A stretch of 64,000 nucleotides of DNA from a virus, in IMG/VR virus record IMGVR_UViG_3300025425_000012; one strand, given 5' to 3'. A model generated the notes under the pieces. The model saw nothing but the letters and a program-made list of their open reading frames with translations. It searched no databases and had not been told where the DNA came from. This document shows positions 44,372-53,083 of this stretch, in pieces (position 1 is the stretch's first letter; each line of letters begins with the position of its first letter). A program made the position numbers and the translations under genes.

Positions 44372-45187
44372 ATGAAAACTCTACTTTTGACTACTTGTGC
44401 CGCTCTTACGCTCGTAATGACACCTGCTATGGCCCAAGAAACTTCGGACACTTTGGTAATCGCAGGCGCAAGCGCTACAGGTGGTTACTTCTCTAAAGCA
44501 CAGACTGCTGCTGAACGTCTTTCGCAGCGTGGTCATGTTGCAGAAGCTGTAACTACTAACGGTTCTCAGGAGATTACTCTTGGTATTTGTAGCGGTCAAT
44601 TCACTGCTGGTTATACGCAGATTGACGCAATGTTTGCTCGTGCTAAAGAAGGCTGTGCTCTAATGCCAGTCGCTACCTACGGTGTTGAATATGCAATCAT
44701 GCTGGTTCCTGGGGATTCTGATATTGGTCAGTTGTCTGATCTAGGTTCTGATAATACTGTTCTTATTAATTCCGAAGGTTCGGGTGCTAATCTGTTCTGG
44801 AATACTATTGTAAGTATCGAACAAGGCGAAGAAGGTAGTGACGACGACTGGGCAAAAGCTCAGACAGAAGCAGAATCTTTTGATATGGCTAATACTCTAG
44901 CAGAGTTTGGTAGTGTAGACGCGGTTGTTGTTGTTGCAAGCCTTAATAGCCCTGTGTTTACAAACCTAGTATCTGTAGGGTGGGAAGCAATCGAGCTTTG
45001 GGACAAAGATATTAACGACCAAGAGTTTAACGGTGAATCTCTTTATGCTTCTGAAAAGATCAAAGGCACTATCGGAGGTTCCTCAATTAATGAGTGGGGC
45101 TATGAAGTTCGTAGCTTTGGTGTAGTAACTGTTGAAACTCGTCAAAACCGTGATTTGTTCAGTGATCTAGCCGCCGCTCTTCGCTAA
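44372..45187 (+). CDS. periplasmic solute-binding protein, TAXI-TRAP/PhnD-like (signal peptide)
   Basis: Signal peptide MKTLLLTTCAALTLVMTPAMAQ. LVIAGASATGGYFSKAQTAAERL resembles the TAXI motif IATGGTGGVYYPIGGA. Confidence 0.4.
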   Translation: MKTLLLTTCAALTLVMTPAMAQETSDTLVIAGASATGGYFSKAQTAAERLSQRGHVAEAVTTNGSQEITLGICSGQFTAGYTQIDAMFARAKEGCALMPVATYGVEYAIMLVPGDSDIGQLSDLGSDNTVLINSEGSGANLFWNTIVSIEQGEEGSDDDWAKAQTEAESFDMANTLAEFGSVDAVVVVASLNSPVFTNLVSVGWEAIELWDKDINDQEFNGESLYASEKIKGTIGGSSINEWGYEVRSFGVVTVETRQNRDLFSDLAAALR

Positions 45188-45188
45188 T

Positions 45189-45428
45189 ATGAAAGATACT
45201 ATATTGATCCGGCTGTCCTTATGGATAGCCGGAGGTATCGCAGCCCTACTAGGTTTTATCTCTTGGGCAGATTTACTTATTAATACCTTCTTTTTTGATG
45301 AGTTGATTGTTATGCTGGGTGCAGGAGCTGTTGTATGGTTAGTAAAACGTATGAAAGCAATCTTTGCAGTAACAGAAGATAAAATGAAAGCTCTTCAAGA
45401 CGAACTTGCTGCTTTAAAGAGTAAATAA
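45189..45428 (+). CDS. small membrane protein with C-terminal coiled coil
   Basis: Two hydrophobic segments, then ...MKALQDELAALKSK. Confidence 0.3.
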   Translation: MKDTILIRLSLWIAGGIAALLGFISWADLLINTFFFDELIVMLGAGAVVWLVKRMKAIFAVTEDKMKALQDELAALKSK

Positions 45429-45436
45429 AAAAGTTG

Positions 45437-45472
45437 TTGCTCACTCACAAAATATCTGTTATGCTAATAAAA
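45437..45472 (+). promoter_or_regulatory. sigma70-like promoter TTGCTC-17-TATGCT
   Basis: gttgctcactcacaaaatatctgttatgctaataaaaatag. Confidence 0.35.
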
Positions 45473-45495
45473 ATAGATAAAGTGAGCAACAAAAC

Positions 45496-46437
45496 ATGAA
45501 ACATGAAGAAAAGTCTTTAAGCCCTTATAGATATATAACTCGTCCAGATTTAGCTATGCCTGAGTGGAGTGCAGACTCAACAGGAAGCCATTGGCAGCCT
45601 GGAGGTTATGGTAAAAACAGCATTCCTGCTGGTGTATACGATTATCAAGCTCCTTGGGGTTCTGCTCCTTTTCTACGTCGTGTAGACTTCGTTGGAGACT
45701 CAATGGTAGAGCTACCTGATGATCCTACCTCAGAAGTACTCGCACATATTAAAGACTTTTGGTCTAAAGAACGCGCCTTTAGAGACCTTGGTATAACCTT
45801 TAAAAGAGGTATTATACTATATGGACCTCCAGGCGGTGGTAAAACTGCAACAGTATTCAGACTTGCAAAAGAGCTAGAAGCTAACGATGCTATTATGTTA
45901 GTTGCTCAGAGTGCCGGTGAAGCGACCGCAGGTATTCAAATGATTAAAGTTCTAGAACCTAAACGTAAAATCGTTGTAATTCTAGAAGACTTAGATGGTA
46001 TCGTAAGACATGGTGATGAATCTCTAACACACTTGCTAGATGGTGGAACAGATGTAGATAGTGTACTATTCTTAGCTACTACTAACTACCCTGAACGTCT
46101 ACCTAACCGTATTCTAAATAGACCAAGCCGTTTTGATGTGCGTATGCGTATCGGAATGCCTTCCGAAGCAGCAAGACGTGTTTATATTGAACATGTTGTT
46201 AGCGGTAATCTACTTGTAAATATTGACGAGCTAGTTGCAAAAACTTCTGGTTTAGGTATTGCAGTAATTAAAGAAGTAATTATCCTTACTCAGATCTTTG
46301 AGCATACTATTGATGAAGCTATCTCTAAAGTTAAGAATACTACACTAATTTCTGATGAAGAAATTGATAACGACGATCAAATTGATAACGACGATCAAAT
46401 AGAGCGGGGGCTGGACGGTAAGGCAACGCACTGCTAA
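45496..46437 (+). CDS. AAA+ ATPase (classical AAA clade: Walker A, Walker B, SRH with Arg finger)
   Basis: ILYGPPGGGKTA (Walker A), VVILEDLDG (Walker B), TNYPERLPNRILNRPSRFD (second region of homology). The C-terminal tail has an 18-bp tandem repeat (IDNDDQ x2). The 3' end abuts or overlaps tRNA-Ser. Confidence 0.7.
   Translation: MKHEEKSLSPYRYITRPDLAMPEWSADSTGSHWQPGGYGKNSIPAGVYDYQAPWGSAPFLRRVDFVGDSMVELPDDPTSEVLAHIKDFWSKERAFRDLGITFKRGIILYGPPGGGKTATVFRLAKELEANDAIMLVAQSAGEATAGIQMIKVLEPKRKIVVILEDLDGIVRHGDESLTHLLDGGTDVDSVLFLATTNYPERLPNRILNRPSRFDVRMRIGMPSEAARRVYIEHVVSGNLLVNIDELVAKTSGLGIAVIKEVIILTQIFEHTIDEAISKVKNTTLISDEEIDNDDQIDNDDQIERGLDGKATHC
46363..46398 (+). repeat. 18-bp tandem direct repeat x2 (attgataacgacgatcaa) in AAA+ gene tail
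   Basis: Exact duplicate copies seen directly. Confidence 0.8.
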
Positions 46438-46491
46438 TGCGCAGGACACCTAATACGTGTTCACTGGGTTCGACTCCCAGTCGCTCTGCCA
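46401..46491 (+). tRNA. tRNA-Ser (anticodon GCT)
   Basis: Acceptor AGAGCGG/TCGCTCT (G7.U66), stem ACGCA/TGCGC, loop CTGCTAA, long variable arm, T CTGGG-TTCGACT-CCCAG, G-CCA. Confidence 0.55.
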
Positions 46492-46513
46492 ATTACATTT
46501 ATAAGGATATGAT

Positions 46514-46768
46514 ATGAGTATACCTACAACAGACCACTGGGCTGTGATTACTACTAGATATACTCATATACCTGCTGATGCTAGATCAATATCTCATCCC
46601 GGACATGGATACCCCGAGCATACTGAAGAAAGTATTGATTATAGCTCTTTTACTTCAGAAGCTGGTATGTTAGCCTACATAGATCAACGTAATTTAGCAG
46701 GAAAATGTGTAATAATTAAGGCACAGCCACTTAAACTAACTGTTACAACTACTGTAGCTGTTAAGTAA
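46514..46768 (+). CDS. hypothetical protein
   Basis: 84-aa ORF with RBS ataaggatatgatATG. Confidence 0.35.
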   Translation: MSIPTTDHWAVITTRYTHIPADARSISHPGHGYPEHTEESIDYSSFTSEAGMLAYIDQRNLAGKCVIIKAQPLKLTVTTTVAVK

Positions 46769-46785
46769 AAAAGTTAAAAAACATC

Positions 46786-46822
46786 TTGCTATACGGTTAA
46801 TTTTCCGTTATATTTAAATTAA
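46786..46822 (+). promoter_or_regulatory. sigma70-like promoter TTGCTA-17-TATATT
   Basis: acatcttgctatacggttaattttccgttatatttaaattaag. Confidence 0.5.
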
Positions 46823-46972
46823 GAAATCAAACAGACCGCACACGCGGCACACCATTTAACAAAGGACTTCAATTATGACTACTTCATGTATGTTTAAGAA
46901 TTATGAAAATCGTATTAAAACTCCTTGGAGTGCTATGTAAACGCGTCTGTAAACAAACAGAAGTTTTTATAG

Positions 46973-47003
46973 CCCTCCCAGTTTTACTGCGGAGGGTTTT
47001 TTA
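46973..47003 (+). terminator. rho-independent terminator (CCCTCC...GGAGGG + TTTTTT)
   Basis: agccctcccagttttactgcggagggttttttatt, immediately before tRNA-Cys. Confidence 0.65.
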
Positions 47004-47005
47004 TT

Positions 47006-47080
47006 GGTGCGGGAGCAAGATGGTTATGCGTCGGATTGCAACCCCGATTTAAGTCGGTTCGATTCCGACCCGTACTTCCA
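47006..47080 (+). tRNA. tRNA-Cys (anticodon GCA)
   Basis: Acceptor GGTGCGG/CCGTACT (two G.U), stem TCGGA/CCCGA, loop TTGCAAC, T GTCGG-TTCGATT-CCGAC, T-CCA. Confidence 0.5.
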
Positions 47081-47087
47081 AATTTAT

Positions 47088-47162
47088 GACGCTGTAACTC
47101 AGTGGAAGAGTACTCCCATCATAAGGGATTAGCCGTGAGTTCGAATCTCACCAGCGTTACCA
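47088..47162 (+). tRNA. tRNA-Met (anticodon CAT), third CAT tRNA
   Basis: Acceptor GACGCTG/CAGCGTT, D ACTC-AGTGGAA-GAGT, loop ATCATAA, T GTGAG-TTCGAAT-CTCAC, A-CCA. Confidence 0.6.
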
Positions 47163-47178
47163 ACTTAAGGACAATACA

Positions 47179-47388
47179 ATGCTTAATCTCAAAGATATGG
47201 TAAAAGGTGACAAACAAGTTACTTTTACGCGCGCTTTTGACGATGCTCTCTGGTATAAAACGGATTGCGGTTTTGAATTTCCTGTATCTTATGCAGAGAC
47301 TAAAGGTGCTACCTTTAAGGCAGTAGATAAGGCTATGTTTTTTATGCGGTACATTAGAAAACACATAGCGATTGTGCAACTTACATAA
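47179..47388 (+). CDS. hypothetical protein
   Basis: 69-aa ORF with RBS taaggacaatacaATG. Confidence 0.35.
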   Translation: MLNLKDMVKGDKQVTFTRAFDDALWYKTDCGFEFPVSYAETKGATFKAVDKAMFFMRYIRKHIAIVQLT

Positions 47389-47452
47389 ACATTAACCTTG
47401 CTAATCGGCCTGTTTTAATGTTATTGTAAGTAACAAAGAATAATATCTTATC

Positions 47453-48034
47453 TTAATATTTATTACCTTTTTGTAAATTTTCTGAAATAGTGAGGTATTG
47501 TAAATTACTTAATACGTGCAACCCGCAGACATTTTTACCTTTTAAAGGTATTATATGATCTACGTGATAACCTTTCGGACATTCTAAATAGAAATTTTTT
47601 ATACCTTTCTGGTCCCAAGATACAGACCTATTAATAAGTAAAGACCTACGTTCGGCAGTATAGCTTCTAAATAACTCTGAATTGTTAGTTTGGTATCTTC
47701 TATAACAAAAAATACACCACGAATTTACTCCGTCATAGCGTTTCTTGTTATAAGTAAAGTTTTTTATATCAAGCACGTTATCACAGTTACAACATATTTT
47801 TTTATTAATCTTACTTAATAAGAAGGAGCAAGGCTTAGCATTATTAACTACTCTATCAGGAAAAGTTCTTTTTAGCAGCTTACTAACACTTTGAGCGCTA
47901 ATACCTAACTCTATTTTTAGATTATAATTCTTCATACTTAGCACTTCTATAAACTTCTCATAAGTAACTTTTCTACTTGTAAAAGAGTATCCACTCTCAT
48001 TAAAAGCCTTATTTATCCAGTATTTTTTATTCAT
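47453..48034 (-). CDS. HNH homing endonuclease (minus strand, inside tRNA island)
   Basis: ...YHVDHIIPLKGKNVCGLHVLSNLQYLTISENLQKG (HNH). N-terminal basic DNA-binding region. This is the only minus-strand gene after 8.1 kb. Confidence 0.55.
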   Translation of the reverse strand: MNKKYWINKAFNESGYSFTSRKVTYEKFIEVLSMKNYNLKIELGISAQSVSKLLKRTFPDRVVNNAKPCSFLLSKINKKICCNCDNVLDIKNFTYNKKRYDGVNSWCIFCYRRYQTNNSELFRSYTAERRSLLINRSVSWDQKGIKNFYLECPKGYHVDHIIPLKGKNVCGLHVLSNLQYLTISENLQKGNKY

Positions 48035-48120
48035 TAGTTTCTCCTATATAACTATAGTATACAAACTTTCAAGGTTTAGCAACTGGTTTTTTAATATAAT
48101 TTACTTTTTTACTTAACAAC

Positions 48121-48196
48121 GAACCGGTAGCTCAGGGGTTAGAGCACGAGTCTTTTAAACTTGGTGTCCTGGGTTCGATTCCCAGTCGGTTCTCCA
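48121..48196 (+). tRNA. tRNA-Lys (anticodon TTT)
   Basis: Acceptor GAACCGG/TCGGTTC, D GCTC-AGGGGTTA-GAGC, stem CGAGT/ACTTG, loop CTTTTAA, T CTGGG-TTCGATT-CCCAG, T-CCA. Confidence 0.7.
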
Positions 48197-48213
48197 AAAT
48201 CTAGGAACATTAG

Positions 48214-48483
48214 ATGCAGTGGTATAAATTAGCTGACGTTCTACCAAACAAAGAAGAGTACGCAGTGTTACTATTTCCCTGTAAAAGCTCTATTGGTATA
48301 CTTTACACTGCCTCTAATACTCCTTATGCTATTAAACATGGTTTGTCTTCTGGTTATACTCATTGGGCTTATATAAAAGAAGCGCCGGGTCATGGAGACA
48401 TGATTACTTGGCAAGATAGTATAACAGTAGAAGAAGAGCAAGAAAGTTTAAAAGATAGTATCAAGCTTTTAAAATCATTATAA
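48214..48483 (+). CDS. hypothetical protein
   Basis: 89-aa ORF. Confidence 0.35.
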   Translation: MQWYKLADVLPNKEEYAVLLFPCKSSIGILYTASNTPYAIKHGLSSGYTHWAYIKEAPGHGDMITWQDSITVEEEQESLKDSIKLLKSL

Positions 48484-48492
48484 ACAATATAT

Positions 48493-48567
48493 GCGTTGGT
48501 AGCTCAGTGGTAGAGCACTTGGTTGAAGCCCAGGGTGTCAGGAGTTCGATTCTCCTCCTTCGCACCA
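48493..48567 (+). tRNA. tRNA-Phe (anticodon GAA); acceptor with two U.U mismatches (4-69, 5-68)
   Basis: D GCTC-AGTGGTA-GAGC, stem CTTGG/CCAGG, loop TTGAAGC, T AGGAG-TTCGATT-CTCCT, A-CCA. Acceptor GCGTTGG/CCTTCGC. Confidence 0.55.
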
Positions 48568-48585
48568 AATATAGGTATAAAGCTA

Positions 48586-49124
48586 TGCACGAACCTAATC
48601 ACTTTACTTCTGCTAAGTATTTAGTATTCCTAGATATTGACGGTGTTTTTACCTCAAACAGAGTTGAGATAACCGAAAACACTGTAGGATTACTATGGTC
48701 TAAGTTTGATCCTATTGCTATGAATTTTATGAACCGTATTCACGATAGTCATGAAAAAGTTGAGTTTGTTTTAATCTCTACTTGGCGTGATGGAGTTCTG
48801 TTAAATGATGCACACGCAAACCTTTGGATTGTAACAGCTTTACGTAATGCTGGTTTTAGAGGCGATCTAGCTTATCCTCTGTGGAAGGTTAACCCTTATG
48901 AAGATGCTGAGCTGTATCAACTAAAACGTGCGCATGAAACTAAGCACTATCTAGATAACTTCGCCCCTTATCACAAAGACTTTATTATCTTTGATGATAC
49001 TGACTATGATTTCGAGGGAGTACTAGGTAAACGTCGTTTGATTAAGACTGATTCTAACGATGGGCTACTATTTAAACATATGAAAAACGCACTATCTATA
49101 ATGGGTACTTGGGATAAAAAATGA
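48586..49124 (+). CDS. HAD-like phosphatase
   Basis: YLVFLDIDGVFTSN (DxDGV motif I). The listed ORF starts inside tRNA-Phe, so the start is taken at the internal MHEPNH. Confidence 0.45.
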
Positions 49125-49453
49125 GTTATAAACCTTTGCCACCTAAGCAGCGAAGACCTGTAGCTGACGAAGGTTCCCTTCGTGCGTTTGAATACTACGC
49201 AGCTAAACTAAAAAAGTTAGGATACAAACCTATCAACCAGACAGAGAGTGTAGACGGGGACACTACAGACCCTACCCATCTACTATGGATGTGCACTTTC
49301 TGTCAAACTCAAGTTCGTGATGATGGTCTAGGTATGAACGTAGCTAAATATAGTCGTTGGCTAGGATACATACAAGGCTGTTTAATTTCGCAAAAAATAA
49401 CCACAGTAGAAGCAGAGAGAAATAGGACACGTCCTTGGTTTTCTGACCATTAG
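49121..49453 (+). CDS. hypothetical protein
   Basis: 110-aa ORF, ATGA-coupled. Confidence 0.35.
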   Translation: MSYKPLPPKQRRPVADEGSLRAFEYYAAKLKKLGYKPINQTESVDGDTTDPTHLLWMCTFCQTQVRDDGLGMNVAKYSRWLGYIQGCLISQKITTVEAERNRTRPWFSDH

Positions 49454-49656
49454 GAAAAGTCTTATGAAACTTAACAGTATATTACAAGTAGTAAAAACTG
49501 CTAAAGAAGTTAAACCACGTAAAAAGAAATAGGGGATATACTATGGAAGACTATGTAGAGGTACTTTGGTTTTATGATGAAGACTCTGATCTGCAATGTG
49601 AGGAGAGTGACGACTTTTTAGAACAAGACGACGGTGCTTAGTATTCTTCTTTTAAT

Positions 49657-49695
49657 TTGGCTAACGCTTTGAAATATCCTAATATAAGATATAAA
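49657..49695 (+). promoter_or_regulatory. sigma70-like promoter TTGGCT-17-TAATAT
   Basis: tttaatttggctaacgctttgaaatatcctaatataagatataaag. Confidence 0.45.
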
Positions 49696-49724
49696 GAAAA
49701 AACTTTTATAGTGGAGAAGTAGTT

Positions 49725-50381
49725 TTGCTGATTATTAGAGGAAACGATTACTACGATGGTTGTGGTTATGGGGTAGATAAAGCTTACGTATTTACAAGAA
49801 CCAATGAGTTCTTTAAAGATATCAAGCTACCTTTTGCATTACCTCTTTCTATGTACGGTTATGTACCTAATCTTAGCTATCAGTACCTAACTAAAAGTAT
49901 TTTTGGTAAGCATCTAACCACTGAGATTTTTAATGTTAAGTTTGGGTACGTAACAGTAGCTACTAAATGCTACCCCTTTATTAAAACACATCACGACTAT
50001 CACTATTCTATGGACGCTAAACTTACAAAAATTCTTTATAAGTTTAAAAGAGATCAGTTTCCTACGGTCGAACAGTTTTTTGCAATCCCTAGAGAGACTT
50101 ACAAAGACTATCTAATTAGTCGTAGAATTGTAACTAGTTTTTCAATCCTTAATAATAGAGATAAGTGGGAGCAGACTATTAACTGTGATGGCCTTGTTGA
50201 TAAAGGTTTTGCAAGCATACTAGACGCTTTTAGTTGTCATCAAGAGATTTTCCAATACGTTTCTGGTGTAATTGCTAACAATCCAGATATTATTGTCCTT
50301 AGTGATAAAGATAAAATCCGCAAAGCAGGTTTTGATACTGTGACAAGTTTTCGTAAAGGAATAAGAGCAGATGAACACTAG
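49725..50381 (+). CDS. hypothetical protein
   Basis: 218-aa ORF (TTG start as listed). Confidence 0.35.
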   Translation: MLIIRGNDYYDGCGYGVDKAYVFTRTNEFFKDIKLPFALPLSMYGYVPNLSYQYLTKSIFGKHLTTEIFNVKFGYVTVATKCYPFIKTHHDYHYSMDAKLTKILYKFKRDQFPTVEQFFAIPRETYKDYLISRRIVTSFSILNNRDKWEQTINCDGLVDKGFASILDAFSCHQEIFQYVSGVIANNPDIIVLSDKDKIRKAGFDTVTSFRKGIRADEH

Positions 50382-50667
50382 TATAGAAATGCTACTCCTA
50401 TCTATAAAGGAAGATTCGTCCGATGAGGAAAAGCAGAAAGTACGTGATTATAATATTAAATATGCTTTAGTTCGTTATCTATATGCAGAGGTAATGAGTA
50501 TGGAAGCTAAAGAAGGCGAACCTAAATTAGTTGACTTTCATTTTACACCGGGAAAAACCTTTATGGAAACTCCTGTAATAAGGATTGTAAATGACTTGAT
50601 GAATATCGACTTTAGCAAAGCTAAACCGATGCTATGGGACGATCTCCCTAAGAATAAGAGCACATGA
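50371..50667 (+). CDS. hypothetical protein
   Basis: 98-aa ORF. Confidence 0.3.
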   Translation: MNTSIEMLLLSIKEDSSDEEKQKVRDYNIKYALVRYLYAEVMSMEAKEGEPKLVDFHFTPGKTFMETPVIRIVNDLMNIDFSKAKPMLWDDLPKNKST

Positions 50668-50861
50668 ACATACCTGCTATACAATGTGCTAAGTGCCAAA
50701 AAGTTGTTGATAAGACAGTAATTAACACAAATGAAGAGAAAAGATTGTATGAAATAACAGTACATTGTCACGGTGAAACAGATTACTGTGAACTAACTGC
50801 TCAATTTTTACAACAAGAACCTTTTAACTTCGTAAAAGCCTTAGCCTTTCAACCAAACTAA
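50664..50861 (+). CDS. zinc-ribbon protein
   Basis: CAKCQK...CHGETDYC. Confidence 0.3.
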   Translation: MNIPAIQCAKCQKVVDKTVINTNEEKRLYEITVHCHGETDYCELTAQFLQQEPFNFVKALAFQPN

Positions 50862-50874
50862 AGTATCTTTTAAT

Positions 50875-50912
50875 TTGCTAAACGCTTTAAAATAAACTAT
50901 TATAAGATATAC
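50875..50912 (+). promoter_or_regulatory. sigma70-like promoter TTGCTA-17-TATTAT
   Basis: tttaatttgctaaacgctttaaaataaactattataagatatac, upstream of tRNA-Glu. Confidence 0.5.
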
Positions 50913-50923
50913 AAAGAAACAAT

Positions 50924-51002
50924 GGACCCTTCGTCTACATTGGTATTAGGATTTCCGGCTTTCAACCGGGGGAAGTCGGTTCGATTCCGACAGGGTCTAC
51001 CA
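50924..51002 (+). tRNA. tRNA-Glu (anticodon TTC)
   Basis: Acceptor GGACCCT/AGGGTCT, stem TCCGG/CCGGG, loop CTTTCAA, T GTCGG-TTCGATT-CCGAC, A-CCA. Confidence 0.55.
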
Positions 51003-51301
51003 TAATGAAAGTAAGTAATGTGTGATTGGAAAGTCTTAGGTAAAGTTTGGTACTGCTCAGTTTGCTCTTGTAGCAAGCCAGTATCAGAAAATAGACCTAA
51101 AGCATGTCCACTACTTACTATGTAATTTTCTTATTTAGTCAATAAGAACTTCAAGGACCGGTCACAGTACCTTGTAAAAAACCGACGACAAAGGAGATCC
51201 ATCTCTGCGTAGAAGTATAAAATGGAATAAGGCTATATGGAAGTCTTAACTACAGTACAAATCGCATATGTAGTAAAAGAGTAGTGACTTACTCTAGCCA
51301 T

Positions 51302-51377
51302 AGTTTTTTAATTCCCAGTAGCTCAGATGGTAGAGTGTCTGACTGTTAATCAGGTTGTCGTAGGTTCGAGCCCTACC
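51302..51377 (+). tRNA. tRNA-Asn (anticodon GTT)
   Basis: Acceptor TTCCCAG/CTGGGGA, D GCTC-AGATGGTA-GAGT, stem TCTGA/TCAGG, loop CTGTTAA, T GTAGG-TTCGAGC-CCTAC, G-CCA. Confidence 0.65.
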
Positions 51378-51384
51378 TGGGGAG

Positions 51385-51869
51385 CCAATTATCCACCGAA
51401 ATTCATAGGTGGAAAGACCGAGCAAGTATAACATGAAGGGAACGCTTGTGAATACGGGATTGCTGACTTCTTGAGCGCAAAAGGCTTAACCCGTTAGGTG
51501 TAATGAATAAGAGGTACTACTCAAGCTTGAAGTGTAGCTAAGTCGCCCTAATACGTGGGTTGAACCATTCACTAACTATTATATTTTCGTCAGTATCTAG
51601 TAACAGAGTCGACTATGTTAAAAAAGCTTAACTGATGTATAGAGTATTTAAACTGTCACACCGTGCGGAATGGGATGTTAGAGCGACCGGAGCTTAGTTC
51701 TGGAGTCAATTTGGCTGACTGGCGTAGTAGAAGCGGGTGAATCAACAGTGATGGTACTACAGCATACCAACCCCTAGTATGGACTAATTTGCCGGAGATT
51801 ACTTCATATGGTGATACCAGAAAAGGGTAGGAAGAGAAGAGATTAGGTATTGACGAAAATATAGTTAAA
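51385..51869 (+). ncRNA. ORF-free structured region (candidate ncRNA) between tRNA-Asn and Tyr-like tRNAs
   Basis: About 480 nt without a credible ORF. Opens with the hairpin CCACCgaaattcataGGTGG and contains many G-C rich stems. Confidence 0.25.
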
Positions 51870-51958
51870 GGGTTCTGCAATAAGGCTTCCGTGGGGGGCG
51901 ACGGGTTGTAGCCCCGTTCCGGAAACGGCACGAGGTTCGACTCCTCCGGAACCCACCA
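51870..51958 (+). tRNA. tRNA-Tyr-like (anticodon GTA) with irregular, enlarged D region; possible degenerate duplicate
   Basis: Acceptor GGGTTCT/GGAACCC, stem ACGGG/CCCGT, loop TTGTAGC, variable hairpin CCGGAAACGG, T CGAGG-TTCGACT-CCTCC, A-CCA. The D region is 24 nt. Confidence 0.35.
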
Positions 51959-51970
51959 AATATAGTTAAT

Positions 51971-52055
51971 GGGTAGATAAAGCTAGGGGTTCTAGCACGC
52001 GGACTGTAAATCCGTTCTTTGACCGGGAGAGGTTCGAGTCCTCATCTGCCCACCA
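51971..52055 (+). tRNA. tRNA-Tyr (anticodon GTA)
   Basis: Acceptor GGGTAGA/TCTGCCC, stem GCGGA/TCCGT, loop CTGTAAA, long variable arm, T AGAGG-TTCGAGT-CCTCA, A-CCA. 85 nt. Confidence 0.6.
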
Positions 52056-52060
52056 AATAT

Positions 52061-52135
52061 GGTCCTATAGCTCAGGGGTAGAGCGAAGAGCTGATAACTC
52101 TTAGGTCAGTGGTTCGAGACCACTTAGGACTACCA
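52061..52135 (+). tRNA. tRNA-Ile (anticodon GAT)
   Basis: Acceptor GGTCCTA/TAGGACT, D GCTC-AGGGGTA-GAGC, stem AAGAG/CTCTT, loop CTGATAA, T CAGTGG-TTCGAGA-CCACT, A-CCA. Confidence 0.7.
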
Positions 52136-52140
52136 AAAAT

Positions 52141-52216
52141 ACACGCGGTATGGTACTAGTATATTTGCACTTTCTGTAAGTATGCTGAATGTGGTTCGAT
52201 CCCACGCCCTGCTCCA
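52141..52216 (+). tRNA. tRNA-like 3' fragment (T-arm TGTGG-TTCGATC-CCACG + CCCTGCT-CCA) lacking matching 5' acceptor
   Basis: T-arm and CCA end visible. No complementary 5' strand or anticodon arm. Confidence 0.2.
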
Positions 52217-52421
52217 ATATTACTTAGATGTGCTTAGTCAGTTGTGCTCAGTTTTTATCCGAACGGATGGCGAACATGCTTAAATCGACTCTAGCAGCAA
52301 CCAGGTTTGGCCACCTAAATGCAAAATACGTCAGCAATAATAGTCGGCAATCCTAGGAACTTGCTGATGTTTATGACTAAGTGCTTCTAAGTAATAAAAT
52401 AAAGTAGTTTAAAGGAAACAA

Positions 52422-52688
52422 ATGCACTATAGAGTAAAAAGTTGGAATCACTTCTTTGAAGCTATTAAGCGTGGTGATAAAACACATGATCTTAGAGACC
52501 TAAAAGATAGAGACTATAAGATTGGTGATGTATTAACACTGCGCGATTATGACCCTTTTACAGGAACATACTCAGGTGACGAAGTTAATGTTGAAATAAC
52601 TTATATCACTTCCGCTACGACTCCTTGCGCATTTTCTTCTGCTGCCCTTGCTTCTGGATATGCGATTTTATCAATTAAGCTGCTATAG
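52422..52688 (+). CDS. DUF3850/ASCH-like small protein
   Basis: KTHDLRDLKDRDYKIGDVLTLRDY resembles the DUF3850 core (KTFEIRKNDRDFKVGDxLxLREY). Confidence 0.4.
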   Translation: MHYRVKSWNHFFEAIKRGDKTHDLRDLKDRDYKIGDVLTLRDYDPFTGTYSGDEVNVEITYITSATTPCAFSSAALASGYAILSIKLL

Positions 52689-52755
52689 CTCAGCGGGAGA
52701 GCAACGTCCTGGTACGACGTAGGCCGTCAGTTCAATTCTGACTAGCAGCACCATT
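52681..52755 (+). tRNA. tRNA-Thr (anticodon GGT)
   Basis: Perfect acceptor GCTGCTA/TAGCAGC, D GCTC-AGCGGGA-GAGC, stem ACGTC/GACGT, loop CTGGTAC, T GTCAG-TTCAATT-CTGAC, A-CCA. Confidence 0.7.
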
Positions 52756-52854
52756 ATGAGGGATTAGCCGAGGTGTCTCGGGGCTAGCTGTACACTAGTC
52801 AAGGTAACTTCTAGGTTAACAGCCTAAAATCTCTCACCATATATAAGGTATAAT

Positions 52855-53082
52855 ATGAAACATACTATACTAGGAAAGAGCCGTATCTGGGTAGGCGCAC
52901 TTAGCCAACCTCGACCCTATCATGATATTACACAGCGCGACCCAAACGATGTTTGTTTTTATAAAACTAAGTACTGGGCACTTTATGTAGGTTTTTATGA
53001 ATCAATAAAAGACGATTACTCAACAGATTTCACTGGAGGTTGTTACGCAGGTAATGAAGAACCTAAGAGAAATCATTTTTAA
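52855..53082 (+). CDS. hypothetical protein
   Basis: 75-aa ORF with RBS taaggtataatATG. Confidence 0.35.
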   Translation: MKHTILGKSRIWVGALSQPRPYHDITQRDPNDVCFYKTKYWALYVGFYESIKDDYSTDFTGGCYAGNEEPKRNHF

Positions 53083-53083
53083 C

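Noticed and set aside
51656-51931. 91-aa minus-strand ORF
   Set aside because: Antisense to the structured non-coding region and the Tyr-like tRNA. No supporting signals.
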